Shown here: positions 46,554 through 56,746 of the stretch, in pieces
Layout of the letters: the number at the start of each line of letters is the position of its first letter
Position numbering within the stretch: the first letter of the stretch is position 1
Assembly (NCBI GenBank): GCA_965603825.1
Contig: CBFDEM010000003.1
Location: 496,001 to 560,000 of the forward strand
Origin: Blepharisma stoltei ATCC 30299
Lineage: Eukaryota > Protista > Ciliophora
Length of the DNA: 64,000 nucleotides
Direction: 5' to 3'
Position numbers and translations under genes: made by a program
Notes under the pieces: model-generated
What the model saw: only the letters and a program-made list of their open reading frames with translations
Told to the model about the DNA's origin: nothing
The model's database searches: none

Positions 46554-49500
46554 TTAAACTTCGCCTTCATCAAATTTTCTCTGAGCCTTCAATTTCTGCG
46601 GCTTTGGGCAGAGTCTGCCTAATTTTTTGCACTCTATGCATTTATCAGGACTATACACATCTTCTCCATTATATTCAGCATGAAAGTTACATTCTGGCCT
46701 ATGATAATGATTTCCATGCACTAATGTTGGCGCTCTTATGCACGAACACCTAAAGCAAAATTCAATTCCACAATCAGGCTGGGTGCATTTTACATGATCG
46801 CAGGCGTTGTCCTTTAGATAAGGATAATGGCATCCTGGACATTCAGATACTGACTCTCCTTCTTTTTCTAAGTCTCTCAAGAGTTCTTTTCTTTCATTCT
46901 CATCACAGCTTCCTTCGTGCTGATCTTTCAGACATGCAGCACAAAATTTAGCTTTACATTGAGGACACCTTACCTTGTTTTGATCTATTTCAAATTCTGA
47001 ATTGCACTTAGGGCATTCTGTGATTTTGTATTGCTTTTTTATTGAAATTTTATTATAATGGTCCCATTTTTCTGGACTCAAATTGGCAATCATAATACTT
47101 CCGTCTACTATCTCTAGGCACTCTGGAATAGGGCATTTAATTCCATTTATTATTCTCCCAGAATCTATTTCGCTTTCTAAATATCCCACTAAGCAATTTT
47201 TGCAAAAATAATGGTCGCAGGACAATGTAAGCATTTCTGCTCTTGAAAACTCTTCAATGCAAACCGCACAGCTTTTTTTAGATGGCAGAGGAGCAGGGTC
47301 TTCAAATTTCTTTAAAACTGAGATGTCAATCTCTTCTATCATTCTCCCACAAAAATAACAGACACTACCATTATCATTTACACATGAGTTAAAGCAGCCT
47401 TTACAAATTGTGCAGGGACACAAGCTTGGATTTAAGTCTTCTTGATTAAAGCTTCCCTTACAAATGTCACAGTAAAATTTATGATGGGTAGAAATCAGTT
47501 CATACTCTCCTTTACTGAAATTTCTGTGACAGAAAATACAATTTTGTGGTAAATAGCTGAATGATTCACAATTGATACACAGTCAATGTGTCTTACACTT
47601 TACCAAGCTAAATTCTGTAATAACCTCTTGGCAATACCCACAAACAGGCTTCACAATCCCAACAATTTCTTCCATCCTAATTTCTTCTTCACAAATAGGA
47701 CAAATTTTGGTTTGCGACACAATATTACTAATGCAGCTGTCACACATGCACTTGTGCTTATTCCTAAAATCTTCCTGCTTTTTCCTTCCTTCACAGTTAG
47801 GACATATGATGATTCCTTGTCCCCTATCTATTTTGTGCTGATATTGTTTTTGCCTTTCTTCTCTCATCTTGTCATAGTCTTGCCAGGTATTTCCTAATAC
47901 GGCTTTTACTTCGTCTTGACTAATTTCTTGGGTACACATCAGGCATGTTATAGGTGAGGTTTTTTCGAATGGGTTTAGTAAGAACATCCCTGCTGTTTGC
48001 TGCTCTAGGCAGTCGATTATGTCCTCTTGGCAGTATAAGTGACCGCATTTTAGCATAATGCAAGCTTGTTTTTCTTGGCAGTAAAAGCAGATTTCTAATA
48101 GTCGACAAGCGAAATTATCGCTCTTAGCCAATTTTAATAGATTTTCTTCAGCTTTAGTCAAATCGCTTAAGGATGGGCTATAATTGCAGTTATCTAAGCT
48201 TGTAAATTCATTCCAAAAGCTAGAAATCCTCTGACCGAAATCTGGGAGAAGATCCGATCTATGCAACTTATTACTCACTGATAAATGATATAAATTTTCA
48301 TATAAATACTGGACATGATTCAGCAGTTTTGCTGTGTAGTCTTCTGGAGCTCCTCGGACTGCTTGTTGATCACTACGATTCTGTGATCCTTGAGGCAAAA
48401 ATTGGCATGTTTCTAAGTCATAGCAGTCGTCTTGAATTTGTTTATGGGTGTAAAGCAAATCATAATGCCCAGGCTTCAATAGTAAATACATATCAGAATT
48501 ATTGCTTTCTTCAGGCTCAAAAGTATGAATGTCCAGTCCATCTCTTCTTAAGCAAATATGGTGGATCCTTATCTGAAGAGCTTCTGACATACAATTAAAG
48601 GCCACTCCTTCAGCTTCTTCTCCCATTTTCATCATTTTCATATACACAGACTGAGTAGTCCCGTATCCAATTTCATCAGAGATTAGAAATCCAGAAAGTT
48701 TTGTGCTTGTAGAATTATCAACTAAGTATAAAGAAGCAATTGCTCTCATTTCTCTGACAATAGTCTCATCATCGTTTATATCTTGAAAAATATTTTGAGC
48801 CTCTTTTATAGCTGACCATACATTTGCCTTTTTGCAGCTATATAAATAATCTAGGAGCTTTAAAAATTCTTTTCTGCGACTAAACCCATTAATTTCTCTA
48901 AAAATTCCTTGTCTTTTCTCAAGCTTGCTTATAAACTTTTCAAACTGGCTTAAATTTGTAGTTGGTCTACACAAGTGCTCGATATAGCTGACTCCTACAG
49001 CGCGATAATAGCAGTTCCCATCACCTCTTGACCTTCTGAATGCTGCATATTCTGTCCCCAATTTTTCAATACATTCTATTATTTTGCTGTTAAAAGCAAA
49101 TTCACTCTTCAGATAATATATATTTATTCTTGATTTTCCTACAGTTTCTGGGTATTCTTCATCGCCACCTTCTATCTTTTGTATCTCTGGTTCTGCGTTT
49201 TTTTCTTCTTTAACTATTACGTTCCAAATTTTCCCATTTTCAGACTTGTATAGAGTGACTTGAGATCCGACTAAAGGTTTAACTTTATCGATTGTAAACA
49301 GATTTTTTGGGACTATTATGCAAACAGAAGAATTGTATGAGGCTTGAACATTCACTAAATAGTTCTCTATTCGGTCTTCAACGATAATTCCGTCAACTGT
49401 GGAGTATGCATTGTATAGCTCAGCTTTATGATATTTGTCATTGTAATGGTAAATCCTTATCACAGAGTTTATAGGGGCTTTACTAATTCACGATGACGGG

Positions 49501-49598
49501 AGTGCAAGGTGCATTTGGTCTTCTGGTATGTATACTAGCAATTTATTGTCCTTGACTATCTGAGCACGCCCAAATACTTCCCTTTTATTTAGTTCCAT
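46554..49598 (-). CDS. OTU (otubain-like) deubiquitinase fused to multiple RING-like fingers and an RBR (RING1-IBR-RING2) E3 ligase, 1014 aa
   Basis: ATG at 49598. TGA codons near 49488 and at 47583 read as W; no TAA/TAG between 47583 and 47423. OTU: RRSRGDGNCYYRA...LLKPGHYDLLY. RBR: CAVC..CDHYFCKNC..CPIPEC; CPKC..CPQCKAKFCAAC..H...C; CPGC..KDNACDHVKC..CGIEFCFRC. Confidence 0.9.
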
Positions 49599-49743
49599 TT
49601 TCAATATTTATAGAATATAAAGCATTTTTATAAGGTTTTTCTTAATATAATCTCAGAATTACTATTTGAAAGTCTTAATTATTTACAGAAAAATAAAAAT
49701 TTATTTTATTATCAATCATTTGGACAGTTTTTCAATACATTCA

Positions 49744-50409
49744 CTATTTCACATCCACAGAAATCTCATCTTCACTAATATTATTGCTGATATCTATCGG
49801 ACTAGATGGGATTTCAGTGTTATCTAGCGCTCCACTAGCAGAGATTTTTGAATCAGTACTTTTTTGCTTGTTTTTAAAGAATTGGAACATTCAAAAAGCT
49901 ACAAATGATCCTGCCTCAATCAGAGTTCTGCAAACAATGAAGCAATATACAGCAATAAAGCCTAGTGATACTGGAGCACTGTCCTTGGAGAATTTGATAT
50001 GCTCACTCACATTGGAAATCATAATTGAGCCAAAAACTGCTAAGAAAATATAAGAGACCAACAAAAAGATTATTGAAATATTTTGAAATTTTTCCCAGTT
50101 GAGGTTTGCTGCTCTTTTTGATATTAGAGATTCAGCAAATACAAGGGTAAAATCAGCAAATAATATAATAGCTGAGGTGATTAAATATACTCTGGCATAT
50201 GTTTGCTTTGTAAAGGACTTTGGATCGTAAAAAGCAACTACTAAGCACGTAATTGCAAGTAAAACTGTAAATAGCGGTAGCAGGATAGAGCTAAAAAAGT
50301 TCATTTCACCTGAAACAATAGAGTCGTCGATGGGTTCTGTTCTGTACTTTTCTCTTCCAGTGCTGTGGTTGCCCAGTGTAAACGTTCATCCTTCTCTCGA
50401 ATCGTCCAT
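49744..50409 (-). CDS. Four-TM membrane protein, 221 aa
   Basis: ATG at 50409, two TGA=W codons, TAG at 49744; four hydrophobic helices. Confidence 0.75.
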
Positions 50410-50557
50410 TTATATAAAATTGCAGACACATTAGGTCATTCTTTGTTTATAAGAGTATTTAGAAATTTAAATATCTTTCTCTAGAAGCAGGGAGGCATTA
50501 TTTAATCATTAAATTAATTTGTCATATTTTTATAGCAGATATTTTATTAATGATATA

Positions 50558-52120
50558 CTACTCTTTCTTTGCCGCTTCAGCAGCCTTTTTTTGTTTCTTC
50601 CATGACTCAGCTGTCTTTAAGATTTTATCTTCAAGCTCTTCCCCTTTTATATCTATATCAATGTCTTTGAAATCTTCAAAAAAATCCGCTTCTTCTATGT
50701 CATCTTTCCAAAGATGAGAATCATCCTTAAATGGCCCTTTATTCGCTTTCTCTTCAAATATTTCATACAGATCCTCAAAATATTCGTCTTTTTTCTCTGG
50801 GAACATGACCTCTTTAAAAGCCTCAGTATTTTTAAAGGTTTCAAGCTCCTCATTAAGCTCTTCATTCTTAAGATCCCAACTTTCCCAAACCTTTCTGGCT
50901 TTTTCATAAGTCTCGTCCTTTTCGAAATCTTCTTCAGAGTCCTCACCTTCTCTATGGTCTCCAAAAGACCCTTTGAGTACTTCTTCGTTGTGCTGCTTCA
51001 TCAGTCCAAACATTTTTTTCATGTTTTCTATATCTTTTGCTCGAGTTTCACTAGGGGGTTCATGCGCAAATAAGTCTTCTGGGTCTTTTTGAGCATCTCT
51101 GTGGGAAATTGCATCAAATCTTTCTAAATGGTCAATGTGAGAAGTATTGTAGAGGACATCGTATTTTTTCTTAATTTCTGCTTCTAAGCCAATTATGTCT
51201 TTTAATTTTTGATCCCAGGCGTTATAGGAGTGTATTTTATGTTTAGGACGGCCTAAGAATTCTCCAAAGTCATACTCAAAAAACCCTTGGTTTGTTTTTC
51301 TGCCTAAACAGCCTGCTTCAACCATTTGTGCAAGCAGAGGACATGGTCGAAATTTATCATCCCCAGTCTCCTTATGAAAAATCCTCAGTCCTTCTAACAA
51401 TACATCAATCCCAATATAATCAGCATATTCCAGCGGCCCAATAAAATTAAAAAGTGACCTTCGCACTGCATTATCAATATCTTCTTTCCTCGCCACCCCT
51501 TCATGCAAAGCATAAGCAGCTTCATTTATAAGTAAATAAAGAGCCCTATTCGCAATAAACCCAGGGGTATCAAGACATATAGCAGGCTTAAAGCTCATTT
51601 CTATAGCATAATCACACGCCTTTTGTACTACCGCTTCTGAGCTACCCGAATGCGCCACAATTTCACATGCATTATATTTGATCGGATACTGTGGAAAATG
51701 CATCCCAAGAATCCTATGTGGTGCCTTTGTATTTTTTGCTATTTTCCCTATTGAAATATGATTAGTCGTGCTTGCTATCACAGAATTTTCACTTGTGTAT
51801 TTCTCAATCTGTCTTATGACGTCGTTTTTAAGCACCAAGTCTTCATCAATGCTTTCTATTACAAAATTAGCATAGGATGTGTCTTCAAGATTCTGAGACC
51901 ATGTGATTCTTTCTATTACTTCATAAGCGTATGAGGTGCTTATATCTACCAATTTATTTTTGTCATACAGCCATTTCTGAAAATATGCGTTGGAATATGC
52001 TAGTTTTTCTTCTGAAATATCGATTAGACGGACTAAAGCCTTTGAATTGCAGCTTGCAGCTAATGCAATAGCAGATCCATAGTGTCCTGCGCCTACTACT
52101 GCAAGGGAAAGTAAAGACAT
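50558..52120 (-). CDS. 3-hydroxyacyl/3-hydroxybutyryl-CoA dehydrogenase-like protein with a ~235-aa acidic C-terminal extension, 520 aa
   Basis: VVGAGHYG Rossmann motif, VIESIDEDLVLK, GMHF, DTPGFIANR, GPLEYADYIGID, GRKTNQGFFEY. Confidence 0.88.
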   Translation of the reverse strand: MSLLSLAVVGAGHYGSAIALAASCNSKALVRLIDISEEKLAYSNAYFQKWLYDKNKLVDISTSYAYEVIERITWSQNLEDTSYANFVIESIDEDLVLKNDVIRQIEKYTSENSVIASTTNHISIGKIAKNTKAPHRILGMHFPQYPIKYNACEIVAHSGSSEAVVQKACDYAIEMSFKPAICLDTPGFIANRALYLLINEAAYALHEGVARKEDIDNAVRRSLFNFIGPLEYADYIGIDVLLEGLRIFHKETGDDKFRPCPLLAQMVEAGCLGRKTNQGFFEYDFGEFLGRPKHKIHSYNAWDQKLKDIIGLEAEIKKKYDVLYNTSHIDHLERFDAISHRDAQKDPEDLFAHEPPSETRAKDIENMKKMFGLMKQHNEEVLKGSFGDHREGEDSEEDFEKDETYEKARKVWESWDLKNEELNEELETFKNTEAFKEVMFPEKKDEYFEDLYEIFEEKANKGPFKDDSHLWKDDIEEADFFEDFKDIDIDIKGEELEDKILKTAESWKKQKKAAEAAKKE

Positions 52121-52133
52121 TTTATAATTACAT

Positions 52134-53051
52134 TTATAAATGATTATTCATTTCTAAGTGCTCAAGCCGAAGTGATAACCAGTTAATAGTCCTCCCAATG
52201 ATTTCTGGGAATTCTGGCTCATTTGCGATGAAATGGTGCATATTTTCGTAGATTACGAATTCTTTGTCTTCAGCCCGCGACCATCTGCCGAACGTTTCTG
52301 CTTGTTCTGGGTCTGAAAAATTGTCTTTTCCACCTTGGAAAAGGATAAAAGGCGTTTTTATGTCCCATAATCTCCCTCTAAGCCTCTCTATAGCATTGAT
52401 TAAATTTACCGTTGTACCAATTTGGATTCTCCCTTTTACCATGTCAGGGTTTTCGTTTCACCATGAAGTATTATGAGGATTTCTCGATAAAGTTTCAATA
52501 TCAATAGGCTCTGCCAGCATTGCAGGATAACAAAAAGAAATTCACTTGGAAAACTTATATTGGCATCGTGAAAAATTTGAATTTACTCCAATCTGGGGTG
52601 CAAAAAGAATAAGGCCTTTTATGACAGCTGGGTAGCTTAAAGCGATTTCTAGACAAATTGTGCCACCAATTCCGTCACCTGCTAAAAAGATTGGGGTGTC
52701 TTTAGGGTAATGCTCTTTTGCTCGAAAAATGTATTCGGCTGCGTCTTCGTAGGTATTGTTTAGATCAGAATATACACCTCGAGGACCGCTGCTTTTGCCA
52801 TGGCCAGCTTGATCGAAAGCAAGGACTTCAAATTTCTGCTTGGCAAGTTTGGAGGCGAAGTGGGTGTAATAGCTTGAAGAAGAAAATGACCCGTGAAATA
52901 GAAAAATAAGAGCTCGGGGGTTTGATACTGGGTAGCGGTAGGTATGGAGCTTGTGGCAAGAGCTGGAATGCAGAGATAGCCAGTCTTCTTCTGGGAAAAA
53001 GACACCTGCACTAGGAATCACGCCTTGGTATTTGACCCACCAGTCACTCAT
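52134..53051 (-). CDS. Monoacylglycerol lipase family, paralog C, with the nucleophile Ser replaced by Gly, 305 aa
   Basis: MSDWWVKYQG, LFHG, FDQAGHGKSSG, GDGIGG (vs GESxGG), QGGKD, MHH; two TGA=W joins. Confidence 0.88.
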
Positions 53052-53188
53052 TTTAATTAGCAAGCAGTTATCTTAATGTAAATTTAATCATAAATTATTA
53101 AATGAGCTATAAATTTAAAAGCAAATGGTTATTAATAAAGCAAATTTACTGGCAGTAGTCTTTAATTATCTATTTTCTAGAGAATCTA

Positions 53189-54094
53189 TTAAATCCTATC
53201 ATTCATCCATCTTAGAGTTTTATCGACTATCTCCGGAAATTCAGGCTCATTTCCAATCGCATGATACATTTCTTCATAAAACACGAATTCTTTGTTCTCA
53301 ACTGCACAGCTGCTCACAAAATCTCGGGCATGACCAGGATCACAGGACTGATCTTTTCCTCCTTGAAAATATATAAATGGGGTTGTTAAGCCATAAAGCT
53401 GCCTGCTGAGCTTATTTAATGCGTCTACCATAGTAAGAATGCTTCTCATTTCTATTGCTCCTGAATAACAATCAGGGTTATCATCCCATCAGCTTCCATG
53501 GGCAGGGTTCCTTGAAAAGAGATCTGAGCTCATTTTGGGGATAGTTATGCTTGGCTTGCACCAGGTTAGAAATCTCATTATTTTTATATTACATGAGGAC
53601 AGTTTAGGCCCATTACTGATTCCTGGAGCATAAAGGATCAGCCCTTTAATAAGATTTGGGATCTTTAAAGCAATGCTTAAAGCAATAGTCCCTCCCAAAC
53701 TTTCTCCAGCAAGAAAAATAGGTGGATTTTCAGGATACAAAGCCCTCACTTTTTCAATATACTCAATATGGCTTGTATAAGTAGCCTCAAGATCTAGAAT
53801 CAGCCCTCTTGGCCCTGAACTTTTTCCGTGACCTAGCTGATCTATTGCGAAAACTGCAAAGCCATCTTGATATAGTCTGCTTGCCAAATAAGTATGATAG
53901 CTAGCTGCTGAAAAGGAGCCGTGAAATATAAAAACCAGTGCTTTAGGCTCTGAAACGTGAAACCTATAAGTGACAAGATCGCCATAAGCTCTATCAGATT
54001 TTTGAGTTATAGGCATCCAATTTTCAGACTCATAGAAAATTCCTGCACTAAGTATCAAGCCTTGATACTTCTGCCACCATTCTTGATTCGCCAT
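53189..54094 (-). CDS. Monoacylglycerol lipase family, paralog D, 301 aa
   Basis: IFHG, DQLGHGKSSG, GESLGG, QGGKD, MYH; TGA at 53489 joins the pieces. Confidence 0.92.
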
Positions 54095-54135
54095 AATTTA
54101 TTAGTGTTATTAGCACCTGTTATTTAAACAATTAG

Positions 54136-55389
54136 CTAATCGAATTTATTCGCTTTTATATCTCCAGTCAAAAAGTCAGGAACTTCGTCATAGGTTTGGG
54201 ATCTTGGTGCATTTTGGTAGTAGCCTCTGGGCTCTTGATAATAGTTTGGCTCTTTTTGGAAGCTCCTTTGTTCTTCTCTTTGGTAGTTTCTTTGTTCTTC
54301 TCTTTGATAGCCTCTTGGTTCCTCTTGCTGATAATTTCTATCTTGGGTATAACTTCTGCCATTATTTTGGTATCCAAACGCCCGGTTAGGCTCAACTCTA
54401 TTCTGGTTAAAATACCTTTGGTCTTGCCTTGGCTGCACCAATTCTTCATCCTTTTTCCAGCTGAATTCTCCAGTAGGCGGGACATAATTTCCTCTCTGCG
54501 CTCCTCCATACTGTGAATTAGTCTCTGGATAAAACAATTTTTCCCCTGCATCATTTGGAACATCATCAATATCTCTATACAGCGAAGGCTTTCCATTTCC
54601 CCTTACTTTTGAATATGCCGCATAAGCTCCTTCAGATACATACCCTCCTACAGTGCTGAGGGCGTCTAATGATTTTTCTCCTATGCTGCTTTCCCTTATT
54701 TTCTCCGCAATATTCCCTCCTACTTCTTTTGATTTATCAATTACCACTGATGCCCCGCTCTTAATACTTCCTATGAGCCCATTATCTTTTACAGTTTCTA
54801 CAGCTGAAGAAGCCCATTCTGAAGCTTTAGAAACTGCCCCGCCCAGCAAAGATTTAGAAGTTCCCCACCAAGAAGAGCTTTCGGCAGAGTCTGAACGGTA
54901 GTTTGAGGCAAAATGGGGGTTTTCGATTGACGTCCGATTATCAACAGGACGAGGGACTTGAGGTCGTGGAACTGGGGCTTGGGCAAAAGGCTGAAGGGCT
55001 GATGATTGGGTAGGAGGTGGAAAATTAAGCTGACGTCTTTCGACCTCTGCTTTGAGGAGCTCTCTATAATATTCAGCTGCTTTTGTGTAATATCTGAATT
55101 GAATTGTGCAGTTTGGAGGCATTGAGTATGAGTTAAAAAATTCTCTGAGTCGCCTATTACCTCCGTTGGACATCAGCTGAAGCTGCTGAGGAGACCAAGA
55201 GTCCATTGTGGTGGATCTTACGAAGCTTATGTGAACTCCAAGCGCACGGTGCTGACCTGAACACTCTAAGCACAGGAAGATGCCAAGATTCACTGAGGCC
55301 CACTGAGCTCCAGCTTTTCCACAGTCAAAACAGCGGCTATTTTCTCTATCTGCTTGAAGCTGTCGAAAAATATCGCTGGATGATGACAT
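54136..55389 (-). CDS. ArfGAP1/Gcs1-type ARF GTPase-activating protein, 417 aa
   Basis: CFDC-x16-CLEC-SGQHR zinc finger with Arg finger, LGVHISFVRS, GGN; amphipathic ALPS-like region (SSWWGTSKSLLGGAV...); Q/R/Y-rich tail. Confidence 0.93.
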   Translation of the reverse strand: MSSSSDIFRQLQADRENSRCFDCGKAGAQWASVNLGIFLCLECSGQHRALGVHISFVRSTTMDSWSPQQLQLMSNGGNRRLREFFNSYSMPPNCTIQFRYYTKAAEYYRELLKAEVERRQLNFPPPTQSSALQPFAQAPVPRPQVPRPVDNRTSIENPHFASNYRSDSAESSSWWGTSKSLLGGAVSKASEWASSAVETVKDNGLIGSIKSGASVVIDKSKEVGGNIAEKIRESSIGEKSLDALSTVGGYVSEGAYAAYSKVRGNGKPSLYRDIDDVPNDAGEKLFYPETNSQYGGAQRGNYVPPTGEFSWKKDEELVQPRQDQRYFNQNRVEPNRAFGYQNNGRSYTQDRNYQQEEPRGYQREEQRNYQREEQRSFQKEPNYYQEPRGYYQNAPRSQTYDEVPDFLTGDIKANKFD

Positions 55390-55922
55390 TTATATAAAAT
55401 TAGGAAAACTGGTTTCTGCATATACAGATAAGATAGAAGGAAAATTTAAAGATTTTGCATATAGATTTTTGAGTATTTACAATTATTCAAGACTGGGTTA
55501 AATTGAAGCGATAGCTTGCTACATAAAAAAATCCAACAATTACAATATATTTTATTTATAGTGTGTACGTCATAAATATTGAACCTATATTAATAAAATC
55601 AAGATTTTGATATAAAAAATTGCTGTGATTTTATTGATGAAAATATATTTAATCGATGGAATTGAAAATGCTTTTATACAGTTAAATTTGATATTTCCAC
55701 TAATTTTAGAAAAATTAAATGCCAAATTTTTTAATTAAAAGTTGAAATTTCATAATCGTTTATTTTTAAATATATGCAATGCAAATTTTGTTTATTAATT
55801 CAATTGAGTGCCTACTGAATATAAAATTTATCGAACTATTCTTGGTCGCTGTTATTTTGAAAAATTCCATTTAATACCAGACTATATTTCTAATAAGAGC
55901 CTATTTTATTACTATATCAAAA

Positions 55923-56735
55923 ATGGCTCTATCACATCCAAGCGTCTCAGAGGTGCAAGCCTACTGAAATGCTGCCTCAGAATGGTACATTGAATCAGCA
56001 GAAGTCTCAGCACTTACTATCTATTCTGCTTTGCTTCCAGTTATAGACACAAAAAATGCTCATAAAATTTGTGATGTTGCATGTGGCTCAGGGAGAGAAA
56101 TATCTCTTTTACTTAGTCTTCTTCCTCAGGATTCAGAAATATGGGCAAGCGATATATCAGATGCTATGGTCGATAAAGCTTTGCAGAGGAATCTTCCTAG
56201 AACTCACATAATTCAAGCTTCCAATGACGCTTTGCCATATATAGACAATAATTTTGACAGATATATTGCCAATTTATCTTTAATGTATGTTCCCGATGCT
56301 AGTTTGATGATAAGAGAAGCTTGAAGAGTTCTCGCCCCTGGAGGAATTGCTATTTTTTCAGTATGAGGGAGAAGAGAACACTGCACCTTAGAAGCACTTT
56401 GGGAGCAAGCTTTATTCGATGTCGTTGGCAGCCAAGCCAAATCCAAGAGATCTCCTTTTTACTTATCTGATTCAGGAGAGCTGAAATCTCTAGTAAAAAA
56501 TTGTGGATTCAATAAAGTTTTTAGCTATTTCACAGCTGCACCTTTTGCCGGCACAGGATTTGAAGAGACGATGTCTTTTTATGCCCATTTTCCTAGAGTT
56601 CTTGCAATTAAAAACCAATACGATGAGTCTACATTTCAAAGATTTTGGACCAGGCTTACAGAGCTGGTCCAAGAAATCGTAGAAAAAGAAGAAGTCTTGA
56701 TGTTTGACGTCCAGGTGGTTTTAGCATATAAATAA
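55923..56735 (+). CDS. Class I SAM-dependent methyltransferase (UbiE/Methyltransf_11-like), 270 aa
   Basis: ICDVACGSG, SDISDAMV, LPYIDNNFD, EA[W]RVLAPGG, FSV[W]G; TAA at 56733-56735. Confidence 0.9.
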
Positions 56736-56746
56736 GTTATAACTAA

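Noticed and set aside
25772-56735. Pigment or pheromone biosynthetic cluster (acyltransferases, methyltransferase, oxygenase)
   Set aside because: No polyketide synthase or other scaffold enzyme is present, and the genes have ordinary lipid or housekeeping family assignments.
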